DNA of 64,000 nucleotides from a virus (Duplodnaviria; Heunggongvirae; Uroviricota; Caudoviricetes): IMG/VR virus record IMGVR_UViG_2684623171_000009; one strand, 5' to 3'. Shown piece by piece: positions 36,490 to 45,893 of this stretch (position 1 is its first letter; each line of letters starts with the position of its first letter). The notes under the pieces were generated by a model. It saw only the letters and a program-made list of their open reading frames with translations, ran no database searches and was not told where the DNA came from. The position numbers and the translations under genes were made by a program.

Positions 36490-36642
36490 TCAGTCAGTGT
36501 TTCTGGCTAACCAGCGACGCGCGCCAGCTTCAGTTTTAAACGTTTTGCTTTTGGTATACGTCATCGCGGTGAACGTACCGTCCTGGTTGGGGAACACGCC
36601 ACATACCAGAGATTCGTTGTTGCCAAGATTGAGCGTATCCAT
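36490..36642 (-). CDS. YdfA-like small protein (50 aa)
   Basis: MDTLNLGNNESLVCGVFPNQDGTFTAMTYTKSKTFKTEAGARRWLARNTD with GAGG before the ATG. Confidence 0.45.
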   Translation of the reverse strand: MDTLNLGNNESLVCGVFPNQDGTFTAMTYTKSKTFKTEAGARRWLARNTD

Positions 36643-36934
36643 GTTGACCTCATTTCCCCTTAACGCCGGGGTAGCGGAACAAAAACCTGCTGCATAGTTA
36701 TTAAAGTTGAACCCTGCCGTCATGTTCTTACGCCTCGGGCTGGCTACTTAACCCCTGACCACTGCCTGGTAACTCGAAGTATTGCCCTGCATTCTGTGGG
36801 GCGGGGTGAGGGAATGAATGAAGTTTAGAAAAACGAACATTTAAGGTCAATGTTTTTTTATCAAAACATTTTAAGCAGGCAGCTGTTACGCCATCACTAC
36901 GATGGCATACAGTTAATCAAATAGATGAGGTTGG

Positions 36935-37573
36935 TTAAATATCTTGTTGAATTTTAAAGCATACTCCCAATATGCAAGATAGATCATCCAGCATAATTGA
37001 AGGGTAGCGAGGATTCGTGGGGACTAAAAGAATATCCGGCCCTTCTATCTCCAGTTTGCGAATGACAGGCGTTGTGGTCCCTTTGGGTAAGGCAAGGACA
37101 ATATTTCCTGGTTGTACGATTCGATCGGGATCAACAAAAACTGTTGAACCATTTGGGATGGAAACTCCACCACCAGATGTCGACATACTGTCACTCTCTA
37201 GAACAACAGCAAAGGTATTGGCCGGGATTTCTCCGACAAGCTGCACACAAGAGGTTATTGAGGAATTTTTCATATAATCACTCCAGCTTGCTGCCTGCTG
37301 AAGTGATAGTAGCGGAACCGTTTTTATCGGCGGTAAAGATAGATCAAGCGAATCACCTGTATTTAACTCTCCTCCATTAAGAAGCCAATTTTCGTTTACT
37401 TTCAATATCTTTGCCAGTGAACTTATGTAACGCGAGGACGGCGCTCCTCCACCGTTCATCCATTGACTTACGGAGCCTTTTGATGCGCCAGTGGCATTGA
37501 CAAGGTCTTTGCCTTTCAAGTTTAGCGCATGCATACGTTGGGTTATGCGTTCAGATATTGTTTGCTTGTTCAT
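36935..37573 (-). CDS. CI-type repressor (N-terminal XRE HTH + C-terminal S24 LexA-like peptidase)
   Basis: HTH GKDLVNATGASKGSVSQWMNG; C-terminal domain ...GDSMSTSGG...VDP...; divergent from a Cro-like gene. Confidence 0.8.
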   Translation of the reverse strand: MNKQTISERITQRMHALNLKGKDLVNATGASKGSVSQWMNGGGAPSSRYISSLAKILKVNENWLLNGGELNTGDSLDLSLPPIKTVPLLSLQQAASWSDYMKNSSITSCVQLVGEIPANTFAVVLESDSMSTSGGGVSIPNGSTVFVDPDRIVQPGNIVLALPKGTTTPVIRKLEIEGPDILLVPTNPRYPSIMLDDLSCILGVCFKIQQDI

Positions 37574-37664
37574 GTTTTGATTTTAAAACACAGATGGTTT
37601 TGTTTCTTGACTTTCTTTGGTTTTGATTATTAAACTTTTGGCGTTCAGTTTTATGGAGCGACTC

Positions 37665-37907
37665 ATGAAAAAATCAGAAGTATTAGGCTATTTTGGCGGA
37701 GTTGTTAAAACAGCCGCCGCTCTAGGAACGTCAAAAACCACAGTCAGCATGTGGGGGGAAGACGTTCCGTGGAAATGGGCGTTGCTAATTCAGGCAGTCA
37801 CTGCCGGGGCGCTCAAATATGAGTTACACATACCGACGGTTGTCATTCCCGATTCTGATCATAATCCGCCTTCTAACCAAGGGGGGATTCATGAAAATCA
37901 AGCATGA
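37665..37907 (+). CDS. Cro/YdaS-like small HTH regulator
   Basis: MKKSEVLGYFGGVVKTAAALGTSKTTVSMWGEDVPWKWAL...; GGAG 5 nt upstream. Confidence 0.55.
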   Translation: MKKSEVLGYFGGVVKTAAALGTSKTTVSMWGEDVPWKWALLIQAVTAGALKYELHIPTVVIPDSDHNPPSNQGGIHENQA

Positions 37908-38316
37908 ACACATCCGCATGGCGATGAATGCCTGGGCGCGTCCTGATGGCGAAAAAGTTCCGGCAGCTGGAATAACCCAGGCTTATTTTGAGTTGGGTAT
38001 GACGTTTCCTGAACTGTACGACGACAGCCATCCGGAAGCCCTGGCTCGCAATACCCAGAAAATTTTCCGCTGGATAGAGAAAGACACCCCTGATGCAGTT
38101 GAAAAAATGCAGGCTCTGTTACCGGCGATCGAAAAGGCAATGCCGCCTCTGCTGGTGGCCCGTATGCGCAGTCACAGCTCTGAATATTACCGTGAGATCG
38201 TCGAACGGAGGGATCGGCTGGTGAAAGATGTGGATGATTTTGTCGCAGCGGCGATCGCCTGGGGCACCCTGACTAACAGTGGGGGTCAGCCTGGTAATGC
38301 TGTTGTCGTGCATTGA
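37891..38316 (+). CDS. YdaT-like (CII-like) regulator
   Basis: MKIKHEHIRMAMNAWARPDGEK...; paralog of 6819..7244. Confidence 0.55.
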   Translation: MKIKHEHIRMAMNAWARPDGEKVPAAGITQAYFELGMTFPELYDDSHPEALARNTQKIFRWIEKDTPDAVEKMQALLPAIEKAMPPLLVARMRSHSSEYYREIVERRDRLVKDVDDFVAAAIAWGTLTNSGGQPGNAVVVH

Positions 38317-38384
38317 CCAACAATATTCATGCCGGATTTCTTCCGGATGTTCGAGGGTAAAGTTCGGTATCAGAAGAGGTGAGT

Positions 38385-39428
38385 ATGGCTAATGCCTGGC
38401 TCAGATTGTGGCATGACATGCCAAATGACCCCAAGTGGCGAACGATTGCCAGGGTATCAGGACAGCCAATCGCAACAGTGATGGCAGTGTATATCCATCT
38501 TCTGGTGAGCGCGTCACGAAATGTCACGACATGTCACGGCGTGTCACTACGTGGTCACATTGATGTCACGACGGAAGATTTAGCAAGTGCGCTTGATGTG
38601 ACGGAAGACGTAATTGATTCAATTTTGCATGCAATGCAGGGGCGGGTTCTGGATGGTGACCTTATTTCCGGATGGGAAAAACGTCAGGTGCTGAAAGAGG
38701 ACAATGGTAACGTTTCGCAAACGGCAAAATCCCCGGCAGAGCGCAAGAGAGCGCAGCGGGAGCGGGAAAAGCTGCGGAAACATAATGCTGATTGTCACGA
38801 TGAGTCACGACGTGTCACGCATCTGTCACGACAAGTCACGACAGATAAAGATACAGATAAAGATACAGATACAGAATTAAACCCCACACATAACGCGCGC
38901 GAGAGTATTCCGACCAGTGAGTCGAATGGTGCGCCGTTGCAGACAGCCGAACCTGAATACCTGGACGGCCTGAGCGAACCGATCGGGAAATTTTCGATGA
39001 CTACTGTCTGGCAGCCGTCGCCGGATTTTCGACAACGGGCAGCAGTGTGGGGTATGGCTCTGCCTGAGCCGGAATTTACACCTGCTGAGCTTGCCGCATT
39101 CCGGGATTACTGGATGGCGGAGGGGAAGGTTTTCACGCAGGTTCAGTGGGAGCAGAAATTTGCCCGCCACGTGCAGCACGTCAGGGCACAGGTAAAACCA
39201 GTCAGCAAGGGGGGAAGCCATGCAGCATCAGGTGGCACGGCATCACGGGCAGTTCAGGAAATCCGGGCTGCACGCGAACAGTGGGAACGTGACAACGGAT
39301 TTATCAGCAACGGAAACGGCCTGGAAGCTGTGGGAGCTCATGGGGGAGGTGTATTCGAACCGCTGGACTCAGAAGAACGGGGCCGCACCTTCGAAGCTCT
39401 GGATTGCCCAGATTGGTGCGATGACTGA
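38385..39428 (+). CDS. Replication initiator (O-like) with two internal iteron clusters
   Basis: N-terminal HTH; iteron DNA repeats encode ...VTTCHGVSLRGHIDVTT...; the 3' end overlaps the P-like ORF. Confidence 0.55.
   Translation: MANAWLRLWHDMPNDPKWRTIARVSGQPIATVMAVYIHLLVSASRNVTTCHGVSLRGHIDVTTEDLASALDVTEDVIDSILHAMQGRVLDGDLISGWEKRQVLKEDNGNVSQTAKSPAERKRAQREREKLRKHNADCHDESRRVTHLSRQVTTDKDTDKDTDTELNPTHNARESIPTSESNGAPLQTAEPEYLDGLSEPIGKFSMTTVWQPSPDFRQRAAVWGMALPEPEFTPAELAAFRDYWMAEGKVFTQVQWEQKFARHVQHVRAQVKPVSKGGSHAASGGTASRAVQEIRAAREQWERDNGFISNGNGLEAVGAHGGGVFEPLDSEERGRTFEALDCPDWCDD
38505..38876. repeat. Putative origin iterons: two clusters of (T)GTCACG repeats plus GATAAAGATACA tandem repeats
   Basis: At least 7 GTCAC(G) copies at about 10-bp spacing (38511..38572) and 5 more (38793..38845), then GATAAAGATACA x2.5. 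Confidence 0.5.
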
Positions 39429-39882
39429 ACAGCAAATCCGTCTGGTGTGCCGTCAGTGCATGGACCGCTGCCGGGCGGGTGAAACGTGGCCCCCGGACCT
39501 GGCTGAGTTTGTTGCGCTGATTTCGGAGAGTGGGGCAAATCCATTTGGTCTTACGGTGGATGCCGTGATGGAAGAGTACCGGCGCTGGCGCAATGAATCC
39601 TGGCGATACGACGGGAGTGATAAATACCCGTGGCCACAGCCTGTGCTGTACCACATCTGCCTCGAAATGCGTACCAGAGGGATTGAGCGCCAGATGACGC
39701 AAGGTGAGTTAAAACGACTTGCGGAACGGCAACTGACGAAATGGGCAAAGCATGTTGGTAACGGGATGAGTGTTCCGCCAGTGCGACGACAACTGGAAGG
39801 GGCGAAACACCCGCAAGGGCCAACGCCAATTGAACGGCTGAAACAGGAATACGAACGCCGGAAGGCAGCTGGTTTTATTTGA
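39220..39882 (+). CDS. Lambda P-like replication protein (helicase loader); start codon uncertain
   Basis: C-terminal half aligns with lambda P (...EFVALISESGANPFGL...YPWPQPVLYHICLEMRTRGIERQ...). Confidence 0.55.
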   Translation: MQHQVARHHGQFRKSGLHANSGNVTTDLSATETAWKLWELMGEVYSNRWTQKNGAAPSKLWIAQIGAMTEQQIRLVCRQCMDRCRAGETWPPDLAEFVALISESGANPFGLTVDAVMEEYRRWRNESWRYDGSDKYPWPQPVLYHICLEMRTRGIERQMTQGELKRLAERQLTKWAKHVGNGMSVPPVRRQLEGAKHPQGPTPIERLKQEYERRKAAGFI

Positions 39883-39915
39883 ATCTGAGAAACGATTTTG
39901 TCGGAGGAAATATTA

Positions 39916-40632
39916 ATGGAAACCGTATTTGACGCACTGAAAGCACTGAAAAAAGCCTCTTCACAGGTAGTGGCATCGCGCCTTGGAATCAGCCGCGAAG
40001 ATGCTGTCAACGAACTGTGGAAACTGAAGCGCCGTGGTGAAGCGGATAACAAGGGGTCGATGTGGTGGCTGACTCAGACTGGTGAAAGTGAACCAGTGTC
40101 ACCGGTACCGAAAGTGACAGCGCAAATGCTGACTGAGGCGATTGAACATCATGGCCCACAAACGGCGGATGAGCTGGCACTGATGTTCGGGATTACCTCC
40201 CGCCGGGCGAATTCATCACTGGCCATGGCAATCAGCAAAGGGCGTCTGATTCGCGTGAATCAGGGCGGTAAATTTCGGTACTGCATACCGGGCGCTGATT
40301 TACCGGCAGAGCCGAAAGCCGCATCCATAACGGAAACGGATGGTAAAGCCTTTCCTCAGCCAGCAGGTGTTGCGTTACCAGTCGGGGAAGCGGAAACACA
40401 GGAAGAAATAAAAACGGAAAGTGTGGCGGTCACAGTGCAGTCACAGCCGTCGTTCACCAGAAAGCATCCGGATGGTCTGATTTTACCATCGCTGCATGTG
40501 GCTAACCGCGAGCTGCGCCGGGCAAAAGGTCAGGTTCAGAAGTGGGAGCGAGTCTGCGCCGCGCTGCGGGAGCTGAACAAGTGCCGGGATATTCTCCGGG
40601 ATATTACCGCCACCAGAGAACAGCAGCGGTGA
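39916..40632 (+). CDS. Conserved prophage protein with two HTH-like segments (238 aa)
   Basis: GGAGG upstream; intact paralog of the frameshifted gene at 8994..9771. Confidence 0.45.
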   Translation: METVFDALKALKKASSQVVASRLGISREDAVNELWKLKRRGEADNKGSMWWLTQTGESEPVSPVPKVTAQMLTEAIEHHGPQTADELALMFGITSRRANSSLAMAISKGRLIRVNQGGKFRYCIPGADLPAEPKAASITETDGKAFPQPAGVALPVGEAETQEEIKTESVAVTVQSQPSFTRKHPDGLILPSLHVANRELRRAKGQVQKWERVCAALRELNKCRDILRDITATREQQR

Positions 40633-40664
40633 GTGGGTGGAAGACGTGGTGCCGGGCGGAAATC

Positions 40665-40946
40665 ATGATACTCCGGCAGTGTGCGGGAACGATGAAGGTA
40701 AAAAGCGTTGGCGCACTTATCGGACGAACTGAAGCGGCAGTGAGAACGAAGGCACGGGAGCTGGGCATCAGCATGATGTTACGTGGTGATTTTCACCCGT
40801 CGGCAAAATATTCTCAGCGTGATATTGAGCTGGCGCGGCAACTGCATCAGAGAGGCATGCAAAGAAGGGAAATTGCCAGAAAATTAGGCATGCCGCTGCG
40901 CATAGTGAATAACTACGTTTATTTCGACAGGAGGGTGTCTGCGTGA
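40665..40946 (+). CDS. Small DNA-binding (HTH) protein
   Basis: Two HTH-like segments (...VGALIGRTEAAVRTKARELGI... and ...QRGMQRREIARKLGMPLRIV...); start uncertain. Confidence 0.35.
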   Translation: MILRQCAGTMKVKSVGALIGRTEAAVRTKARELGISMMLRGDFHPSAKYSQRDIELARQLHQRGMQRREIARKLGMPLRIVNNYVYFDRRVSA

Positions 40947-41170
40947 AAATCCTGTATCAGGATTACGGCCCGGTGGGGCAGGTGGTTATCAGCAGTACTG
41001 TAATGGAGTTTCGGAAGCATAACCGTGTGGTGGATGCTGTGCTGTTAACCTGTCCGGGGATATCGGCGAGTCGTGCAGGTGTGTTTATTATGAAGACGAA
41101 ATTATATGGCAGTAAGGCGTGGATAAAGAAGGCGTATCGTGTAGCGTTGCAGGAGGTTAACAGTGAGTGA
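40943..41170 (+). CDS. Hypothetical protein (75 aa)
   Basis: Complete ORF overlapping neighbours by 4 to 8 nt. Confidence 0.3.
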   Translation: MKILYQDYGPVGQVVISSTVMEFRKHNRVVDAVLLTCPGISASRAGVFIMKTKLYGSKAWIKKAYRVALQEVNSE

Positions 41171-41474
41171 AATTAAAGAAATGCCGGTAGTTCGTGACGG
41201 ATATGGCTACTGGACACATCCTGAATATGAAAAATTCTGTGATGGTCGGGAATATATTTCAACGGAAGAGTTTAACGCCTGGATGGAGGAAAATAATCTT
41301 CAATACGTCCTCTGCTTCAGAGATGAAGGATGTGCTGACCTTGATGCGTGTGATGCTGATATTTCTGCATGGGAACCGGAACGACCAGAGGGCGATGGCT
41401 GGTTTATTGGTTCCATTCATGATACGGAAGATGGCCCGGTTTGTGTCTGGTTGCGAAATAAGGCTGAAGCATAA
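41163..41474 (+). CDS. Hypothetical acidic prophage protein (103 aa)
   Basis: Complete ORF, Cys- and Trp-containing acidic protein. Confidence 0.35.
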   Translation: MSEIKEMPVVRDGYGYWTHPEYEKFCDGREYISTEEFNAWMEENNLQYVLCFRDEGCADLDACDADISAWEPERPEGDGWFIGSIHDTEDGPVCVWLRNKAEA

Positions 41475-41601
41475 AGGCGATAAACCAACTAACAACTAAA
41501 TACTGAAGATTTAAATCAGAAACGATTTTTATTAAATCCTTAACCGGAGGGATTCCTGCACCCTCAGAACATCAGGAGGCCGCCCGAAAGGGCGGTAAGA
41601 A

Positions 41602-41820
41602 ATGAAACATTATTTAGAAAAAAATTACCCACGAAAGAGCAGAACAACAGAGTTTCTGTTTTTCATTCTGTTTATAGTGTTGATGATACCGATATCCCCG
41701 CTATTACTGGTCTGGATAATTGGAAGGACATTTGAACCAGTTATTGAGCTATATACCGATGTGACATGGGAATCATTCAGCGCACTGCACAATAAAATTA
41801 ATCCGTATAAGGAAAACTGA
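41602..41820 (+). CDS. Small membrane protein (72 aa)
   Basis: Central hydrophobic stretch FLFFILFIVLMIPISPLLLVWIIG. Confidence 0.4.
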   Translation: MKHYLEKNYPRKSRTTEFLFFILFIVLMIPISPLLLVWIIGRTFEPVIELYTDVTWESFSALHNKINPYKEN

Positions 41821-41821
41821 T

Positions 41822-42379
41822 ATGAGCACTATTACCAGAGAACGCGCGGAGATTAAATCATACATCACAGGCTTCCTGAGCGACTCGGCGCACGATAACA
41901 AGTCTTCAGACAGCCTGCTGGCTAATGTGTTTCGTATCGCGCTGGCATCACTGGAAGCAGAGCCGATAGCAATGGTAGTGCCTGATGAAATGGATTTGCT
42001 TACCTGCCATCTCGACGGTGTAACTAAAACATATGCTGATGGCTGGAACGCCTGCCGCGTCGCCATGCTTCAGGCCGGAAACTTTCGGGAAAATAAGAAT
42101 TCGTCAACCAACAATTTTCGGGAAATCTCGGAAACGTCAACCAGATCTCCGATAACTCTGGATGGCTGGATAAGCTGTACTGAGCGAATGCCTGAAAAGA
42201 GCCAGAACGTGCTTATTTCGATGAATATCGATAGCGAGGCTGGGCCATTAATATATTCCGCACGCTATCTCGGAGGCACGTTCCGGCGCGGAGGTATAGC
42301 AGTTAGTCCGGGTAATGATCTTAGGCAAGCAACCCACTGGATGTCGCTACCAGAACCGCCGCAGGAGGTGAATCAATGA
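41822..42379 (+). CDS. DUF551-domain prophage protein
   Basis: C-terminal WISCTERMPEKSQNVLI...HWMSLPEPP; paralog of 10179..10823. Confidence 0.55.
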   Translation: MSTITRERAEIKSYITGFLSDSAHDNKSSDSLLANVFRIALASLEAEPIAMVVPDEMDLLTCHLDGVTKTYADGWNACRVAMLQAGNFRENKNSSTNNFREISETSTRSPITLDGWISCTERMPEKSQNVLISMNIDSEAGPLIYSARYLGGTFRRGGIAVSPGNDLRQATHWMSLPEPPQEVNQ

Positions 42380-42459
42380 CCTGGCCTGAAGCATTCACAA
42401 CGGTAGGAATTGCGATGGCGGTGGCGCTGGTGGTGTATTCGATTTGCCGCTGGGGATAA
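42376..42459 (+). CDS. Tiny hydrophobic peptide (27 aa)
   Basis: MTWPEAFTTVGIAMAVALVVYSICRWG; same arrangement as 10820..10903. Confidence 0.35.
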   Translation: MTWPEAFTTVGIAMAVALVVYSICRWG

Positions 42460-42669
42460 AAACGGTTTGCGGGAAAAGGATAGTTAAGTAGAATTGCTGC
42501 GGGTGCTTGAGGCTATCTGCCTCGGGCATGAACACCAACGGCAGATAGAGAAAAGCCCCAGTTAACATTACGCGTCCTGCAAGACGCTTAACATTAATCT
42601 GAGGCTCAATCCATGCTGAACACATGTAGGTTAGCCTCTTACGTGCCGAAAGGCAAGGAGAAGCAGGCT

Positions 42670-42825
42670 ATGAAGCAGCAAAAGGCGATGTTAATCGCCC
42701 TGATCGTCATCTGTTTAACCGTCATAGTGACGGCACTGGTAACGAGGAAAGACCTCTGCGAGGTGCGAATCCGAACCGGTCAGACGGAGGTCGCTGTCTT
42801 CGTAGACTACGAATCTGAGAAGTAA
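42670..42825 (+). CDS. Hok/Gef-family type I toxin, second copy
   Basis: MKQQKAMLIALIVICLTVIVTALVTRKDLCEVRIRTGQTEVAVFVDYESEK; same structured leader as copy 1. Confidence 0.85.
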   Translation: MKQQKAMLIALIVICLTVIVTALVTRKDLCEVRIRTGQTEVAVFVDYESEK

Positions 42826-42944
42826 GAGACCAGGCGGGGGAGTAATCTCCCGCCACCTCTGATGTGTCAGGCATCCTCAACGCACCCGCGCTTTACCATA
42901 CTGAAAATGCTGTTTGAATGTTCATCTCTGAAAGAGGACTATGA

Positions 42945-43289
42945 ATGAAAAAGGTATTGATTGCAGCACTTATTTCCGGTGTGTCTTTTGGCGCTTTTGC
43001 ACAGCAGGGTGGTTTCCAGGGGCCAGAAGCAGAGCGTTCAACAGTAGCGCAGGCAAAAGAACTGAAGGATGATGCATGGGTTATCCTTGAAGGGAGCATC
43101 GTTAAAAAAGTGGGTGATGAACGTTATGAGTTTCGTGACAATAGCGGGACAATTGTCACGGATATTGATGACAGCGTATGGGCCGGGCAGAATGTTTCTC
43201 CGAAAGACAAAGTAAGAATTGAGGGTGAAATTGATAAAGACCTGAGCAGTGTTGAAGTTGATGTAAAGGCACTGAAATTATTAAAGTAA
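42945..43289 (+). CDS. YgiW/YdeI-family (BOF) periplasmic OB-fold protein
   Basis: Signal peptide; QGGFQGP...AKELKDDAWVILEGSIVKKVGDERYEFRDNSGTIVTDIDDSVW...VEVDVKALK matches the family pattern. Confidence 0.7.
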   Translation: MKKVLIAALISGVSFGAFAQQGGFQGPEAERSTVAQAKELKDDAWVILEGSIVKKVGDERYEFRDNSGTIVTDIDDSVWAGQNVSPKDKVRIEGEIDKDLSSVEVDVKALKLLK

Positions 43290-43410
43290 CCGCCCCTGCT
43301 TGTTAAGCCCGTCTTACTGACGGGTTTTCTGTTTGTACATTCCGGCGTATTGCCTTACAATTCGCGCAGTCAGCCTGAACAACTGACACCTGCTGTCACC
43401 GGAGAATCCG

Positions 43411-43683
43411 ATGACACAACACATAAAATCCCACAATTCTGAAGCCGACCCGGAAATTAAGCAGGGGAGGCGTTTTCGTGCGCCTCAGTATGGCTGGTTT
43501 CACTATCTGTTCTGTACGATCGATGAGGCAGATATGCTTCAAGAGGCGTATCTGCGTCGCGGTGTCCGTGTGGAGCGGAGTCTGAACGCTGATCGTCTGA
43601 CCTGGACCGTTTCTGTATATCTTCCTGTTCGTGCACATCTGCCACGGACACATGCCTGCTACCGTCAGCGCGTCTGGAGGTAA
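43411..43683 (+). CDS. Rem-like small protein (diverged)
   Basis: 90-aa ORF in the rem position; C-terminus YRQRVWR like copy 1. Confidence 0.3.
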   Translation: MTQHIKSHNSEADPEIKQGRRFRAPQYGWFHYLFCTIDEADMLQEAYLRRGVRVERSLNADRLTWTVSVYLPVRAHLPRTHACYRQRVWR

Positions 43684-43684
43684 T

Positions 43685-44734
43685 GTGCGGGTATTACTTC
43701 GACCTGTTCTGGTTCCGGAACTCGGGCTGGTGGTCCTTAAGCCCGGTCGTGAATCATTGCCAGTTTTTCATCGCGGCAGGGTGCTGGTGGAGCCGGAACC
43801 GAAAAACATGCGGGCGCTGCCATCTGGAGCGGTTCCTGCTGTTCGCCAGCCGCTGGCGGAAGATAAATCACTGCTGCCATTTTTCAGCGATGAGCGGGTG
43901 ATTCGTGCAGCTGGCGGCGCTGGTGCACTGTCTGACTGGTTATTACGTCACGTGAAATCCTGCCAGTGGCCACACGGCGATTATCATCACAGCGAAACCG
44001 TTATTCACAGTTACGGTGCTGGCGCAATGGTGTTGTGCTGGCACTGCGACAACCAGCTGCGCGACCAGACCTCCGAATCACTTGAGCAACTTACTCAACA
44101 AAATCTGACAGCCTGGATGATTGACGTCATACGCCATGTAATGAATGGCACGCAGGAGCGGGAATTATCGCTGGCTGAATTATCCTGGTGGGCAGTCTGC
44201 AATCAGGTGGTGGACGCATTACCTGAGGCAGTATCGCGTCGCTCTCTGGGATTACCGGCGGAAAAAATCCGCTCCGTATACCGTGAAAGCGACATCATAC
44301 CGGGAGAACAGACCGCCACCAGCATACTGAAGCAGCGCACAAAAAATATTGCGCTACCGCCTCACACCCACCAGCAACAGAACCCACCACAGGAAAAGAC
44401 GGTGGTCAGCATTGCCGTTGATCCGGAGTCTCCGGAATCCTTCATGAAACGACCTAAACGTCGCCGCTGGGTAAATGAGAAATACACACGCTGGGTAAAG
44501 ACACAGCCGTGTGCGTGTTGTGGTAAGCCAGCGGACGATCCTCATCATCTGATTGGTCATGGTCAGGGCGGAATGGGAACAAAATCCCACGATATTTTCA
44601 CGCTACCGCTGTGTCGGGAGCATCACAACGAGCTTCATGCGGATCCGCTGGCGTTCGAAGAAAAGCATGGTTCCCAGGTTGATTTAATTTTTCGTTTTCT
44701 TGATCACGCCTTTGCAACCGGCGTGCTCGGGTAA
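43685..44734 (+). CDS. ydfU: YdfU-like protein (DUF968)
   Basis: GTG start after GGAGG; C-terminal 130 aa identical to 11892..12941. Confidence 0.65.
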   Translation: MRVLLRPVLVPELGLVVLKPGRESLPVFHRGRVLVEPEPKNMRALPSGAVPAVRQPLAEDKSLLPFFSDERVIRAAGGAGALSDWLLRHVKSCQWPHGDYHHSETVIHSYGAGAMVLCWHCDNQLRDQTSESLEQLTQQNLTAWMIDVIRHVMNGTQERELSLAELSWWAVCNQVVDALPEAVSRRSLGLPAEKIRSVYRESDIIPGEQTATSILKQRTKNIALPPHTHQQQNPPQEKTVVSIAVDPESPESFMKRPKRRRWVNEKYTRWVKTQPCACCGKPADDPHHLIGHGQGGMGTKSHDIFTLPLCREHHNELHADPLAFEEKHGSQVDLIFRFLDHAFATGVLG

Positions 44735-44746
44735 AAGAGGTTACTG

Positions 44747-45052
44747 ATGCGTATAGAGTTTGTTTTGCCTTACCCGCCGACGGTGAACACCTACTGGCGA
44801 CGTCGTGGCAGCACATATTTTGTATCAAAAGCCGGTGAGCGTTATCGCCGGGATGTGGCACTTATTGTTCGCCAGCAGCGGCTGAAATTAAACCTGTCCG
44901 GAAGGCTGGCGATAAAGATTATTGCAGAGCCACCGGATAAGCGCCGTCGTGACCTGGACAATATCCTGAAAGCACCACTGGATGCGCTGACGCATGCCGG
45001 ACTTCTCATAGACGACGAGCAGTTTGATGAAATCAATATTGTGCGCGGCTAG
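44747..45052 (+). CDS. rusA: RusA resolvase, shortened by a premature TAG (19 C-terminal residues lost)
   Basis: Identical to 12954..13313 except CAG to TAG at 45050..45052. Confidence 0.6.
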   Translation: MRIEFVLPYPPTVNTYWRRRGSTYFVSKAGERYRRDVALIVRQQRLKLNLSGRLAIKIIAEPPDKRRRDLDNILKAPLDALTHAGLLIDDEQFDEINIVRG

Positions 45053-45102
45053 CTCGTTTCTGGTGGGCGGCTGGGCGTGAAGATTTACAAAATTGAAAGT
45101 GA

Positions 45103-45669
45103 GTGAGCATAAATATGATATACCCGGAAATTACAGGCAAAAGCGGTGAGCATTTACGCCTGAAAACGCTGGAAAGTGTCTGGATCCAGGGGAAACTGCG
45201 TATGTGGGGGCGTTGGTCGTATATTGGCGACGGTAAGACGGGAAATATGTTCAACCAATTACTGACCTCTAAAAAGCTGACAAAAACGGCAATTAACGAG
45301 GCGCTCCGGAGGATGAAAAAAGCGGGTCTGGACAAACCTGAACTTGAGGCTTTTTTGCGGGATATGATCAACGGCAATCAAAAAAGCTGGCTGGCACATT
45401 GTACCGATTCAGAGGCGTTAATAATCGATAGGGTTATTGGTGAAGTACTGGCAGGTTATCCCGGGCTGCTCAATGTTCTGAGTCAGCGTTATGTGGGGCG
45501 GGGGATGACTAAGCGCAAAATGGCTGAATTGCTGAATGATGCTCATCCGGAATGGAGTTTAAGAACCTGTGAAAGACGCATTGAGCATTGGCTAAAGGTG
45601 GCAGAATTTATTTTGTACAAACCAATGGTTATGGCTTTTGGTATAGAGAAAAAAGTTATTGCTTTTTGA
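45103..45669 (+). CDS. Putative late-gene regulator (Q position); family not recognised
   Basis: 188-aa ORF followed by a short promoter-terminator unit, as for Q/pR'/tR'. Confidence 0.35.
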   Translation: MSINMIYPEITGKSGEHLRLKTLESVWIQGKLRMWGRWSYIGDGKTGNMFNQLLTSKKLTKTAINEALRRMKKAGLDKPELEAFLRDMINGNQKSWLAHCTDSEALIIDRVIGEVLAGYPGLLNVLSQRYVGRGMTKRKMAELLNDAHPEWSLRTCERRIEHWLKVAEFILYKPMVMAFGIEKKVIAF

Positions 45670-45745
45670 CGTAAAAACTGCTTCAATTCCGGTAAGCTTC
45701 GCAAAGCTGTACCGCGAGGCGAATAGCAGACATGGACATTTGAAA

Positions 45746-45770
45746 GAGCCCGCTTTTTGCGGGTTTTTTT
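45746..45770 (+). terminator. Intrinsic terminator (tR'-like)
   Basis: GCCCGC-TTTTT-GCGGGT hairpin followed by T7. Confidence 0.6.
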
Positions 45771-45893
45771 ATGACTGAAAAACGGCACGGGGCGTTAAAC
45801 GCGCTGGTGGTTGCTAATACCGGTCTTTCAACTTGCTGGCTTTTTCGACAAGAGTTATTGGTATGTCACGTTAACCGGAAAAGGGAAAAAGAC

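Noticed and set aside
45771-45893. Upstream ATG start for the 45771..46091 ORF
   Set aside because: That ATG sits inside the terminator T-tract with no RBS; the downstream ATG at 45894 with an AAGGG-type RBS is preferred.
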